DNA from: Candidatus Eiseniibacteriota bacterium
GTDB taxonomy: Bacteria > Joyebacterota > Joyebacteria > Joyebacterales > Joyebacteraceae
Length of the DNA stretch: 14,748 nt
Assembly (NCBI GenBank): GCA_043819135.1
Contig: JBDRFG010000091.1
Coordinates: 1 to 14,748 of the forward strand
Direction: 5' to 3'
Shown here: in pieces, positions 1 through 8,426 of the stretch
Position numbering within the stretch: the first letter of the stretch is position 1
Layout: each line of letters opens with the position of its first letter
Made by a program: the position numbers and the translations under genes
Notes under the pieces: generated by a model
What the model saw: the letters and a program-made list of their open reading frames with translations, nothing else
The model's database searches: none
Told to the model about the DNA's origin: nothing

Positions 1-297
1 CCGGCTATAGGTCATCGTGCGGCTCAGCCGATCGGCCAGCACCTTGTCGTCCCCGAAAAGACCGCCTCGCTTGATTACCGAGAGCGCGACCACGCACTCG
101 ACCCGCAGGCCCCGCCCTTCGAGTCCCTGCTGGAGATTCGCGCCGGCCAGCTGCCTGGCGTCAAGAAGGAAGCTCGCCTCGACACTACCCCCCGTGCGCC
201 GACACGAAAGGGAGTCGATGACCGCCGCGTGGCATCGCTCCGCCGCCGGGAATGCCGCGAGGCAGATAATGAGCAGTGTGAGGACGAAACCCCTCAA
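1..297 (-). CDS. Secreted protein, DUF4390-like; 5' part only, runs off the left edge of the window
   Basis: Not in the ORF track. Manual translation from TTG at 297 (GAGGAG 7 nt upstream) gives MRGFVLTLLIICLAAFPAAERCHAAVIDSLSCRRTGGSVEASFLLDARQLAGANLQQGLEGRGLRVECVVALSVIKRGGLFGDDKVLADRLSRTMTYSR, open to base 1. It has an N-terminal signal peptide and starts 11 nt after the stop of the upstream gene. The DUF4390 resemblance is from memory. Confidence 0.65.
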   Translation of the reverse strand, partial: MRGFVLTLLIICLAAFPAAERCHAAVIDSLSCRRTGGSVEASFLLDARQLAGANLQQGLEGRGLRVECVVALSVIKRGGLFGDDKVLADRLSRTMTYSR

Positions 298-308
298 TTT
301 CCGTCTCC

Positions 309-2660
309 TCAGTCGAAGACGCCGAAAAGGGTGGCATGCCACCGCCACTCGTCTCCACCGTCCGGGTCGAGCGGGCGCGCGATGCTCACCGAGAGAGCGC
401 ACGGGATTCCGCGATCATCAAGGCCGAAGGCGCTCCCTAGTCCGATCTCCACATCGGCCCGCAATTGATGGGGCGTGTGGTGCTCGTCCCAGTGCCACGC
501 ATCGCCGGCGCTCAGTCCCACGAAGGGCCCGAATCCGCCGAGAATGTCAGGCGATCTCAGCCAGAGCTTCGAGCGTGCCAGGAACACCCGGTCTCCGACC
601 AGCTGGTTATCCTCGTATCCCGGCAGCGTGGCCTTTCCCCCTAGGAAGAACTGGTCCTGAACGGGCGCTGCCCCATTGACCAAGCCTGCATCCAGGCGGC
701 TGTCCCACAGGCAGGATCCGAGGACCTTCAGCCTGCTGGACAAACTGACCTCGGTCCGGACGAATTCGAAGTCCCCTCCGAGGGCGCCGCCGACCGCGCT
801 GGCCTCCGCTTCTACTCCCATGCCCGATTCTCGAGCCGGGCAGAACCGTTGGTATCCGTATCCGAGGGTGACCGCCCTGCGTCTCCCCCGTCCGACGCCC
901 TCGGTTCTGTTCGGTGAGTAGTTCCTCGCGCCGAAGATGCTGATGCCGTCCGCGTGTTCGATGGGCTTCTCGAAGTCAGACGTCATGCTCAGGGAGAAGC
1001 GGTGGCCTGCGTGGGCCGGCGGAGAGAAGCTCCATCTTAGATCCCACCCCTCTTGAGATACGTGGTCCACACCATCGTGACCAAAAGCGAGCATTGAGAG
1101 CCACGATTCGAAAGACAACGGCACCTTCTGCCCGCGAAATGGTGCTGGCCGGTCGTGATAGCTGACACTCGGCAACCAAGCGGAGGATGCGTCCAGCCGC
1201 ACACCGTAGAGCCACGCCCTGTCAAGGTCCGTGCCGTAGGTGCACCCGGCTGTCCAGACGTCCTCCCGCCGGCGGCTGCCGGCCGAAGAGACCGTTCCTT
1301 CCCGCTCGCGAATCACGCTCCAGCGAAGCGAGGATGAAGCTAGCCATATTGCATCGATCTTCGTGTAGTCGACGGGGAACGGCAGGCCTGCCAAGGGCTC
1401 CAGGCGAAGGACGCCGCCCCGCCGTGCGTCCCGCGACGGCTGCCACTCAAACGCCCCAACGAAGTTGAATCCCCCGACATGTCGAATCCCGTGCTGGCTG
1501 TACCTGGGCTCCGGTCGTTTCGCCGGGATCCTCACAACGCGATCAAGGAAAACTGACCTCTCGGTCCCGTCCCTGGAGCGGGCAACTGCCTCCACCCTGT
1601 CACCCGGTGCGAGACGCTCATACTCCTCCTGGAAGGTCTCGACCGAGTCAAGCCGTCTCCCTTCGAGCGTCATGAGCACGTCGCCCTGCTGCGAGCGCGG
1701 AATGTCCGCCTCGTCGTCCAGCTTCTCATCGAACCCCCAGGCGAAGCGCCCGGATGCTGTCGCGGCCGAGAAGCCCCCGAACCTCAGCTCTTGTTCCGAT
1801 CGGGGTCCCGTCCGCGTGGGCTGCGGAAGCGGGTCAACGCTCCGCACATAGAGCCCGCCGTCCACTCCCGAGACATCGAGGGACTCGACCTCGGCCACCA
1901 GGGGCGTGATCTTCTCCAGATTCAGGCCGGACGACGGAGCGGGAGGTCCCTGGGCACTGTAGCGCACGGTTCGCAGATCTCCACCTGCCAGGAAACCTAA
2001 GGACACCAGGTCTCCGATGCGAAGCGTCTGAAGAGCACTGCGCAGATCTGACACCGAGCGGACATCGCGGTCACCGACAGTGACGACCGCACAGCCGGCA
2101 CTGAGACCCGCATGACTGAGTTCGGGGATGCCGTGGTAGACCCAGCTCACTATCGGAAGGCTGTCGACGCGAGCGAACTCATCGGGCAGCGAATCACGGA
2201 GGGCTTCGCGCTCAAGAAGCGGCACGGTGTCAAAGCCGACGTAGCCCCGCGGCAGCTCGACCGCCTTGAGACGCGCCTCCCGCGCCGTTCCCTCTCGGAG
2301 AACTGTGAGCGTGACCTCTCCGCTGTTTGCCAGCCCCTCGAGGACCGAGTCGAGATCGCCCGGGCTCCTGATCGGGACGCCGTTGGCAGTGGTAATGACG
2401 TCGCCCTCGCGCAGCCGGGCCGAATCCGCCGGCGAGCCGTAGTCGACGCCGACGACGCGAACGCCAGGCCCCGTGGAGCAGAGGCCCTGGTCCTTCCAGT
2501 CACCGGAGCGCGCCTCGGTGACCAGGACTCCGATGTAGAGAGACTGCGAGCTGGATGAGGTGACGGCTTGTCCCGTGAAGCCTGGAGCCGCCTGAGAAGG
2601 AAGCACCAGAAGGGCAAGTGTCAGAACTGGAAGAAGCGCATGGTTCCGAAGGCGCGTCAA
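309..2660 (-). CDS. Signal peptide, about 3 PDZ domains and a C-terminal Omp85/BamA-TamA-like beta-barrel (outer-membrane protein)
   Basis: PDZ signatures GVRVVGVDYGSPADSARLREGDVITTANG, AGLSAGCAVVTVGDRDV and QQGDVLMTLEGRRL...LAPGDRVE. The C-terminus has the Omp85-like pattern GGDFEF...FFLGGKATLPGY...GDRVFL...AGDAW and ends in an amphipathic strand WRWHATLFGVFD. Start moved from 2816 to in-frame TTG 2660 because a GAGGAGG RBS precedes it and a signal peptide (HALLPVLTLALLVLPSQA) follows. Confidence 0.75.
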   Translation of the reverse strand: MTRLRNHALLPVLTLALLVLPSQAAPGFTGQAVTSSSSQSLYIGVLVTEARSGDWKDQGLCSTGPGVRVVGVDYGSPADSARLREGDVITTANGVPIRSPGDLDSVLEGLANSGEVTLTVLREGTAREARLKAVELPRGYVGFDTVPLLEREALRDSLPDEFARVDSLPIVSWVYHGIPELSHAGLSAGCAVVTVGDRDVRSVSDLRSALQTLRIGDLVSLGFLAGGDLRTVRYSAQGPPAPSSGLNLEKITPLVAEVESLDVSGVDGGLYVRSVDPLPQPTRTGPRSEQELRFGGFSAATASGRFAWGFDEKLDDEADIPRSQQGDVLMTLEGRRLDSVETFQEEYERLAPGDRVEAVARSRDGTERSVFLDRVVRIPAKRPEPRYSQHGIRHVGGFNFVGAFEWQPSRDARRGGVLRLEPLAGLPFPVDYTKIDAIWLASSSLRWSVIREREGTVSSAGSRRREDVWTAGCTYGTDLDRAWLYGVRLDASSAWLPSVSYHDRPAPFRGQKVPLSFESWLSMLAFGHDGVDHVSQEGWDLRWSFSPPAHAGHRFSLSMTSDFEKPIEHADGISIFGARNYSPNRTEGVGRGRRRAVTLGYGYQRFCPARESGMGVEAEASAVGGALGGDFEFVRTEVSLSSRLKVLGSCLWDSRLDAGLVNGAAPVQDQFFLGGKATLPGYEDNQLVGDRVFLARSKLWLRSPDILGGFGPFVGLSAGDAWHWDEHHTPHQLRADVEIGLGSAFGLDDRGIPCALSVSIARPLDPDGGDEWRWHATLFGVFD

Positions 2661-2871
2661 GCGAGGCCCCTCCTCATCAACCAAAGCCAAAGCGCTGCTT
2701 CCCGGTGTGACCGTCGCTGATTGTAGCACTGGCGCTGGACCACCGCAACCATGGGTACTGGGCCCACTAAGACCCGGCGACACCTGCGGCTGGGGCGCGC
2801 TGTATCGTGTTCGCATGCGCTGTCTGGACAGCGCCGAGTATGTTGCGACTCACCATGAGCGAACCACGCGG

Positions 2872-3451
2872 TCAGGGGCCCGCCGGGCCGGGAACGAACA
2901 TCCGAATCCCCATGTCGTACGCATCGTAGTCATCGTAGCTGCCATTCAACCACAGCACGCCCGGAGAGGTAATGCAGGGGCTGACCCGAGGGCCCCCTCC
3001 TTCTCGACTGCTTGTCGGGGAACGACGGACCGGCCGACGTGATCTCGTAGTCAAGCCACTCTGCGCCGTCCCACCGGGCGTACCGGTAGCGATGATCGTT
3101 AGCCGCTGGGAACACGGCATAGACCAACACCGGGCGAACCGATTCGTCCAGCGCGATGTCCCATATCCGCGAGCGCCCACCGGCTTCGGCTCCATCGTAT
3201 ACCTTGTCGGCATCACTCGGGCCGAACGGGAGCTCCACCAGATCCATGACCTCTGACCCGTCCGCCCTGAAGAACGCTCCTCCACGATAGCAGATATAGT
3301 AGATGCTGTTGGCCTCTTCTCCCCGCGGGTGCCCGTCGGTGAAGGCAATGTGGATCGTCTCGTGCCCGTCCGACGCGTACTTGAAGTACGGCTTGACGCC
3401 GGGTCCCTGCATCAGTGGCCTCTCGTCCGTCCAGCTGACCCCATCAAAGGT
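2872..3451 (-). pseudogene. BNR-4 (Asp-box) repeat beta-propeller family gene remnant, 5'-truncated, with an internal deletion/frameshift
   Basis: The 2930-3691 frame carries KPYFKYASDG..IHIAFTDGHPR..NSIYY, SRIWDIALD..PVLVY and DHRYRYARWDG.EW, typical of BNR_4 proteins. The typical C-terminus VLWLNGSYDDYDAYDMGIR lies in a different frame (2872-3348 ORF), with the switch near 2960. Sequence upstream of about 3451 shows no resemblance. Confidence 0.65.
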
Positions 3452-3543
3452 TGGCCGCTGACGCGGCCTCCATTGTGAGGGCGCGCTGTTCAGCGCGCAG
3501 GGCGGTCGAACCCGACGGGTGCGAAGTATCCGTCGGGCAGACA

Positions 3544-3577
3544 AACAGAGAGGCCAGCAAAAGCTGGCCTCTCTGTT
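3544..3577. terminator. Perfect 15-bp hairpin, probable intrinsic terminator downstream of a tRNA-like 3' end on the minus strand
   Basis: AACAGAGAGGCCAGC-AAAA-GCTGGCCTCTCTGTT; on the minus strand it begins 1 nt after ...GGGGACGCCA and ends in TGTTTG. Confidence 0.75.
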
Positions 3578-3578
3578 G

Positions 3579-3608
3579 TGGCGTCCCCTAGTGGACGTTA
3601 TTCGAACT
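3579..3608 (-). repeat. att-like site derived from a tRNA-Glu 3' end (copy 1 of a 27-bp direct repeat)
   Basis: The minus strand reads AGTTCGAATAACGTCCACTAGGGGACGCCA, versus the bacterial tRNA-Glu end GGTTCGAATCCCCTAGGGGACGCCA (recalled from E. coli). Positions 3582-3608 match 8117-8143 at 26/27 nt. Confidence 0.7.
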
Positions 3609-3892
3609 GCCACAGTGCCGTTCACACCTGAACTGACCGCATTCGCGAGTGCGTTGAGACACCAACAACCGAATCCAGCACCCGTGGTCACGCGGTGGGA
3701 TTGAACCCACGTGCGGTTCGGAAACTCGTGTCGCGGAAGGTCCCGTGGGAAGTACCTGCTTTGAAGCTTAGCGTCCCTGAGGTCCGCGGGTTTGAATCAC
3801 CTGTGAAACTGGCTAACCGAGATTGCTGGGCTGCGCTGTGGCGTCGGGCCGTCAGACTGGGCACCTCCGCTGTCCGCTGGCACCCCCTATTC

Positions 3893-3921
3893 TTGACATC
3901 GCGCGGCAAACCAAGTAGACT
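3893..3921 (+). promoter_or_regulatory. Sigma70-type promoter
   Basis: TTGACA (3893-3898), 17-nt spacer, TAGACT (3916-3921); 45 nt upstream of ATG 3967. Confidence 0.6.
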
Positions 3922-3966
3922 CGCAGATATTCTCAGCACACCCCCGCTGCAGGCTTGCGTGATTGG

Positions 3967-4317
3967 ATGTCCCCATTGAAGACGTCCCGGCTCGCTTGGC
4001 TTGCCATCTCAGCGCTGTTCGCTGTATGCGTCCCCGCAATCGCAAGCACCATCAACGTTCCGGGTGAGCAGCCCACAATCCAGGAGGGTATCGACGCCGC
4101 GTCTGCTGGTGACAGAGAAGCAAGAGCCCCAGAGCAGAGGAAGTCCCAGGTCCCTATGGTTGCCCAGACGTTCCTGAGACGAGCTGACTCGGATGTGTTC
4201 GCGAAACTCACACGGTACGCTGTCGCCATCGAGAGGAGTCTCTACCGGGTCGTCGCGGAGCTCAGAAACACCCAAGAGCGCAGAGAGCTACCCGACTCGA
4301 CGAGCACCGACTGCTAG
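3967..4317 (+). pseudogene. Chimeric remnant: signal peptide and start of a pectin-lyase-like parallel beta-helix protein, fused to the C-terminal helix of an unrelated hypothetical family
   Basis: Signal peptide, then STINVPGEQPTIQEGIDAASAGD, the stereotyped start of beta-helix proteins that normally continues TVLV.PGTY. Similarity stops at about 4113. It is followed by KLTRYAVAIERSLYRVVAELRNTQ, which resembles the L.RYE..LERSLYR...EL..LQ motif of a common hypothetical family. Confidence 0.55.
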
Positions 4318-4386
4318 TTGGGTTCGCTTCGCAAAGGAAGGACCTGCACACGCAGCGTTCGTCTGTACTGGGTGGAACGAGCGGCT

Positions 4387-5763
4387 CTAGGCCCGGCCGG
4401 CGGCCTCACGTAGAGCGCTCTCAATCAAGTCACTAGCGTCTCTTGAAGCGGCCTCTGCGTCTACGAACTTGCTCCAAAGCGATTTGACTTGCTCGCACGA
4501 AGGACTCGGAGGCGGCAGCACCACATCCCCCATGTCCGCTTCGAACGTCGAGTCAACCACTGAACCCGAGGCCTTGGACTTGAGCTGCACCTGCGCATGC
4601 CACGTCCGGATGGCTAGATACAGCCAGCCAGAGTCGATATCTGATTTCGGTACCAGCCTGCCGACATGACCGCTGGCAAGCCAGCCATCTCGGTCGGTGG
4701 TCACCAGGACAGGCGTACCAAGGCCGCCCTCAGCACGTCCATCAGCCTGATACGCAGTCCAGCCGCTTCGCAGTTCGTACCGTCCCACGTCCTTCAGGGC
4801 GCGCGGAGATATGTGCTGCAGGTTCACCGGGTTGAGCTGGAGGATCTGTCGCCCAGAGAGGATTGGTCGCCCATAGTCGGAATCGACATAGACGGTCTTG
4901 TATCGACCACCGGGTTTGCGGACCTCTGCGACATCGCGTACGCGGACTCCTCCTTCGGAGAGGAGCGCACTGCGCACCGCCTCCACCAGTGGGTCGTGGT
5001 AGGCCGCGTCAAGTCTACCGCCGAGGGCATGGTTCTGGACCGACCACCCGGCGCGCAGCGGTGACGTTAGCGTCGGATTCGGAAGAACGTCCTCGTATTC
5101 CGTCTGCGCCGCAGCTAGACCAAGTCTCGCTTCCTCACGGAGAGCCACAGCCCTCCCCATGGCTTCGGCCACTTCCCTGCGCAACCTCGTTTCCAGAAGT
5201 GGTACATGCTGCGCCTCCAGATGGCTCCCGGAGATATGGTCAATCACTGACCCAGTCTTGTCTCGACGCACCAAGTGCTGTGCTGTCTGCGTCTGGAGAT
5301 AAGCTAGGACGTTCAGCCGAACCTCTGCATCTGCGATGCGAACCCGAATCATGTCGTGGCTGAGAACGAACTTGGCCAGGTAGTCATCAACGATGCTCGC
5401 CGGGCCCAGGTTCCTCCCCGAGCAGGACTGCAGAATGAGACCGGCCTGCAGCTGGTACTGCCGGAGCTTCTTTGTCCTCTTCACAGAGAGATAGGCCGAG
5501 GCCAGCGGCAGATACTCGAACACGTCGTAGGGCTTCAGATAGGGAACCCCCACCTCTCCCTCTGCCGCGTACGACCGCTTGAATCGCTGCGGAGCCCAGA
5601 CCTCTGCGATGCCGTCAGAGTCGCCCAGCGTTCCGAAGGACATCCCGCCTGCCCTAGCTTCATCAAGAAGCTGCGCCGCCTGGACACCCGCCGAGAGGTA
5701 GTACATCGCGTCCAGGCGACTTGAGCGTCCCACCACACTAGATTTCACGCTTCTTGTCTTCAT
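4387..5763 (-). CDS. Restriction-modification specificity (S) subunit with two target-recognition domains
   Basis: Two repeated halves, each opening with RLDA.Y (RLDAMYY, RLDAAYH), with ILQSCSGRNLG, TGSVIDHI and SGSVVD..DMGDVVLPP motifs and helical spacers. ATG 5763 overlaps the methylase stop (ATGA), so it is preferred over 5781. Confidence 0.85.
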   Translation of the reverse strand: MKTRSVKSSVVGRSSRLDAMYYLSAGVQAAQLLDEARAGGMSFGTLGDSDGIAEVWAPQRFKRSYAAEGEVGVPYLKPYDVFEYLPLASAYLSVKRTKKLRQYQLQAGLILQSCSGRNLGPASIVDDYLAKFVLSHDMIRVRIADAEVRLNVLAYLQTQTAQHLVRRDKTGSVIDHISGSHLEAQHVPLLETRLRREVAEAMGRAVALREEARLGLAAAQTEYEDVLPNPTLTSPLRAGWSVQNHALGGRLDAAYHDPLVEAVRSALLSEGGVRVRDVAEVRKPGGRYKTVYVDSDYGRPILSGRQILQLNPVNLQHISPRALKDVGRYELRSGWTAYQADGRAEGGLGTPVLVTTDRDGWLASGHVGRLVPKSDIDSGWLYLAIRTWHAQVQLKSKASGSVVDSTFEADMGDVVLPPPSPSCEQVKSLWSKFVDAEAASRDASDLIESALREAAGRA

Positions 5764-7760
5764 CCTTGCGTGTCCAACCACTGTAGATAGGCATCGGCCA
5801 CTTCAGGTAGCTCATCGTCGATAACACGCTCCGCGATGGTCTCCTCGAAAACACGCTCCGCACCGGTCTCCGGGTCTACCTGGATGCTTGTCCGAGACTG
5901 TGATGCCAGAACTTCGTCGCCTTCCGGGGTATGCCGGTAGATGGCGTTCCCCCTCTTGTCGTGGCCGATACTCTCAGCAACCGCCATGAAGACCTCGTAG
6001 TCGAGCTTGCCCTCAGAGACGAGCGCTCGTTCCTTGGCATCGAGCCTCCGCATGAGCACCATCGAGGTCTGAGTGTCGTTTTTCGGCTGGAACAGGTCGC
6101 GAGCCATGTCCACCACAGCAATGACCTGAGCGTTCTGGAGAATCCACTCTCGGACATAGCCCAGCGCAGGGTTGTTCAGTATGCCATTCGGAATGACCAT
6201 CGCCATTCGCCCGGTACCCTCCTTGAGCAATTGCAGGCAACGCTCGATGAAGAGAATCTCGGGCGGCTGTGACTTCTGCAGTACCGGGTTCCCGTGTGAG
6301 GCGAGACGCATCGACCATCGCCCGTTGTCATGCTCGTCCCACCAGGCGGCGAGGTCGAATTGCTCGAGGACGCTCACATCATCGATGACGATTTTGGTGC
6401 CGAAGGGGGGATTTGTGAATAGCACATCTACAGTCCCGAGCTGGATCTTCTTGGTGATGTCCGGATTCCAGGCATGAGGGTTCGCCAGGCTGTCCGCCTG
6501 GAAGAGGTTCCCCTCGCCATCGTTGTTCATCACCATGTTCATCTTCGCTGCTCGGACAAGGGACGGATTCAGGTCAAGTCCAAACACGCACTCGCCCAAG
6601 TGCTCAGCCCGCTTCCGGAAGAGCTCTTGGCGCTCAGCTGCAGTCCCGTTGGTGGGGTCCTTCCACTTCTCTCGCTCACCCTCCTCAAGGATCGCGAGTG
6701 CGTTATTCATGGCGGTTATGAGGAAGCCACCCGTCCCGCAGGCGGGGTCAAGCAGCCGCTCCGATGGCTGCGGAGACAACATGTGAACAGCCATCCTGCA
6801 AGCGTTCCTCGGAGTGAAAAACTCCCCTCGGTCACCGCGCAGATTGGAGCCAACTACTTCTTCGTACGCGACTCCCTTGACGTCGACGGGAGAAGCCAAT
6901 AGGGAGTAGCCCTGAAGCTGGCTAACCACGTACGCCACGACGTTAGCCTTCAGACCGATACTCCCGTGCGCCCCCGTGAATATCTTCGGGTACTTCTTCA
7001 CGACCTTCTCGGCCATGAGCTTCTGTATCCTAGCTCTGGCCGGAGCTGCAGAAGTTGAGTTACGCAACTCCTCTGGCGTCACGTAGAAACCCAGTGAGTC
7101 GGAGCGCTCGTCTTCAATCTTGCAGAAGATGAGCTTCAGTAGCTCCCAAAACGCATCCTGCTTCTGGAGGCCCTCTGTTCCGGCGACGTAGTTGTGGCAC
7201 CGCCTGAACGCGAACAGCAGGTTGTCTGCTGTGGCAGGCATGAGGTCGCTTCGCTTCGGGCGAAACGCCTCCTGCTCGGACTGGCCGAATGCGGGGATGT
7301 CGACTATTGGCTCGAAGGTGTGCTGCCCTTTCGCAGTCCTCTTCGCGAAACAGAAGCGGTCGTCGCCGTTCGTCCAAAGACCGTAGCGCGCGTTCAGGCA
7401 CGCCGCCATGTACGACTTCAGCTGGCCGACGCCCTCCTTCTTGTCCTTGGGATTGGTACCAGCCTTCTTGGTCTCGATGAGGACCACTGCGTTCTCCTGC
7501 AGATGCTTCGCATCATGGTCGAACACGACAATGTCGACACGAGGTTTCGCGCTACCCATCTTGATGCGAAACTCTGGCTTGCAGTCCTGAGCCACATACT
7601 TGTACTGCCTAACAAGCGCCTTCTCGATGTTCTGGCGAACGTACTCTTCAGGAGTGTCCTTCACAGGCTTGTTCGTCAGGAAGTCAATGACGTAGCCCTC
7701 TGGTATCGCCTCGACGTGCACAGCGACCGGTGGAACGTTACTTCGTCTCTTGCGCGGCAT
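5760..7760 (-). CDS. Fused PD-(D/E)XK restriction endonuclease (HsdR_N-like) and N6-adenine DNA methyltransferase, BcgI-like type IIB/IIG RM subunit
   Basis: N-terminal PEEYVRQ...RVDIVVF...LIETKK...QLKSY...WTNG nuclease pattern. Methyltransferase motifs GEFFTPR, LDPACGTGGF (motif I) and NPPF (motif IV), in gamma-class order. AAGGA RBS upstream. Confidence 0.9.
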   Translation of the reverse strand: MPRKRRSNVPPVAVHVEAIPEGYVIDFLTNKPVKDTPEEYVRQNIEKALVRQYKYVAQDCKPEFRIKMGSAKPRVDIVVFDHDAKHLQENAVVLIETKKAGTNPKDKKEGVGQLKSYMAACLNARYGLWTNGDDRFCFAKRTAKGQHTFEPIVDIPAFGQSEQEAFRPKRSDLMPATADNLLFAFRRCHNYVAGTEGLQKQDAFWELLKLIFCKIEDERSDSLGFYVTPEELRNSTSAAPARARIQKLMAEKVVKKYPKIFTGAHGSIGLKANVVAYVVSQLQGYSLLASPVDVKGVAYEEVVGSNLRGDRGEFFTPRNACRMAVHMLSPQPSERLLDPACGTGGFLITAMNNALAILEEGEREKWKDPTNGTAAERQELFRKRAEHLGECVFGLDLNPSLVRAAKMNMVMNNDGEGNLFQADSLANPHAWNPDITKKIQLGTVDVLFTNPPFGTKIVIDDVSVLEQFDLAAWWDEHDNGRWSMRLASHGNPVLQKSQPPEILFIERCLQLLKEGTGRMAMVIPNGILNNPALGYVREWILQNAQVIAVVDMARDLFQPKNDTQTSMVLMRRLDAKERALVSEGKLDYEVFMAVAESIGHDKRGNAIYRHTPEGDEVLASQSRTSIQVDPETGAERVFEETIAERVIDDELPEVADAYLQWLDTQG

Positions 7761-8116
7761 GACTGAGGTTCCTTTGCTGCTCAGAGGGCTCCTCGGTCAG
7801 GGTGCGTACCCCTGAGTCTTTGCTGGCATCACTCATGTAGCTGAGCCCTGCGGCCAGGTTCGAGAGTACTCGACTGCGCCGATAGCACGGCGGCTAGGGT
7901 ACACCATGCCCAGACGACTCGCAACAAGCGGCCCGCGACTCAGGAGTGGTGGAGGTGACGATGCAGGCGTGAGTGTAAGCTCCGTGCGGTACCTCGCGGG
8001 GCTCTCCTGACAACCACAGGGACGTTCAAGAGCTGTGCTGCGAAGGGGGTGTCCCCAGCTCACTTGCGGCCGCGCTCCCAGCCCTGCACCTCGACCTCGA
8101 CATCAGCCACGGTGTC

Positions 8117-8143
8117 CGTCCCCTAGTGGACGTTCTTCGAACT
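8117..8143 (-). repeat. att-like site (copy 2 of the 27-bp direct repeat)
   Basis: Plus strand CGTCCCCTAGTGGACGTTCTTCGAACT versus CGTCCCCTAGTGGACGTTATTCGAACT at 3582-3608. Confidence 0.75.
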
Positions 8144-8426
8144 CTCGGCTTCGGGGAGGTACGGGTGCGTCGCTAGAGCGCTCTGGACAGCTCCATAGGT
8201 TGCTGTTGCTGGTCAGGTGCTGCTTGCCGGGGTGCGCGTGTGACGATCCATCGGCGCCGGCTGACGGGGATCATCGCACTGATCCGAAGGGTGACGCAGG
8301 ACGGGCTGGCGACTGCCGCCGGGCCGAGGACCACGGGTATGCCACCGACCTTGACAATGGACAGAATGAGCAGTCGATGGAATCTGCCGCTGATCTGCCG
8401 CTGCTGTTAATCATCGCGAGCCGAAG

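Larger units (their letters stand above)
3579..8143. mobile_element. Putative degenerate genomic island bounded by att-like direct repeats and carrying an R-M system
   Basis: 27-bp direct repeats at both ends and defence cargo between them; no integrase gene inside. Confidence 0.5.

Noticed and set aside
17..679. 220-aa plus-strand ORF and the many other short antisense ORFs in the track
   Set aside because: Arg/Pro/Ser-rich shadow frames of well-supported minus-strand genes in GC-rich DNA, with no motifs or RBS.
3579..3660. Intact tRNA-Glu gene
   Set aside because: Only the 3' acceptor strand and a displaced T-loop-like sequence are present; no D or anticodon arm can be folded.
4387..7760. 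MADS defence system or a classical type I R-M system
   Set aside because: The M and S subunits resemble such components, but no HsdR helicase, Ser/Thr kinase or other MADS genes are present in the window.
7896..7924. Minus-strand promoter TTGCGA-17-TACCCT for the R-M operon
   Set aside because: The position is plausible but the match is too weak to call.
3582..8143. 27-bp repeats as a CRISPR array
   Set aside because: Only two copies 4.5 kb apart, with no spacer periodicity and no cas genes.
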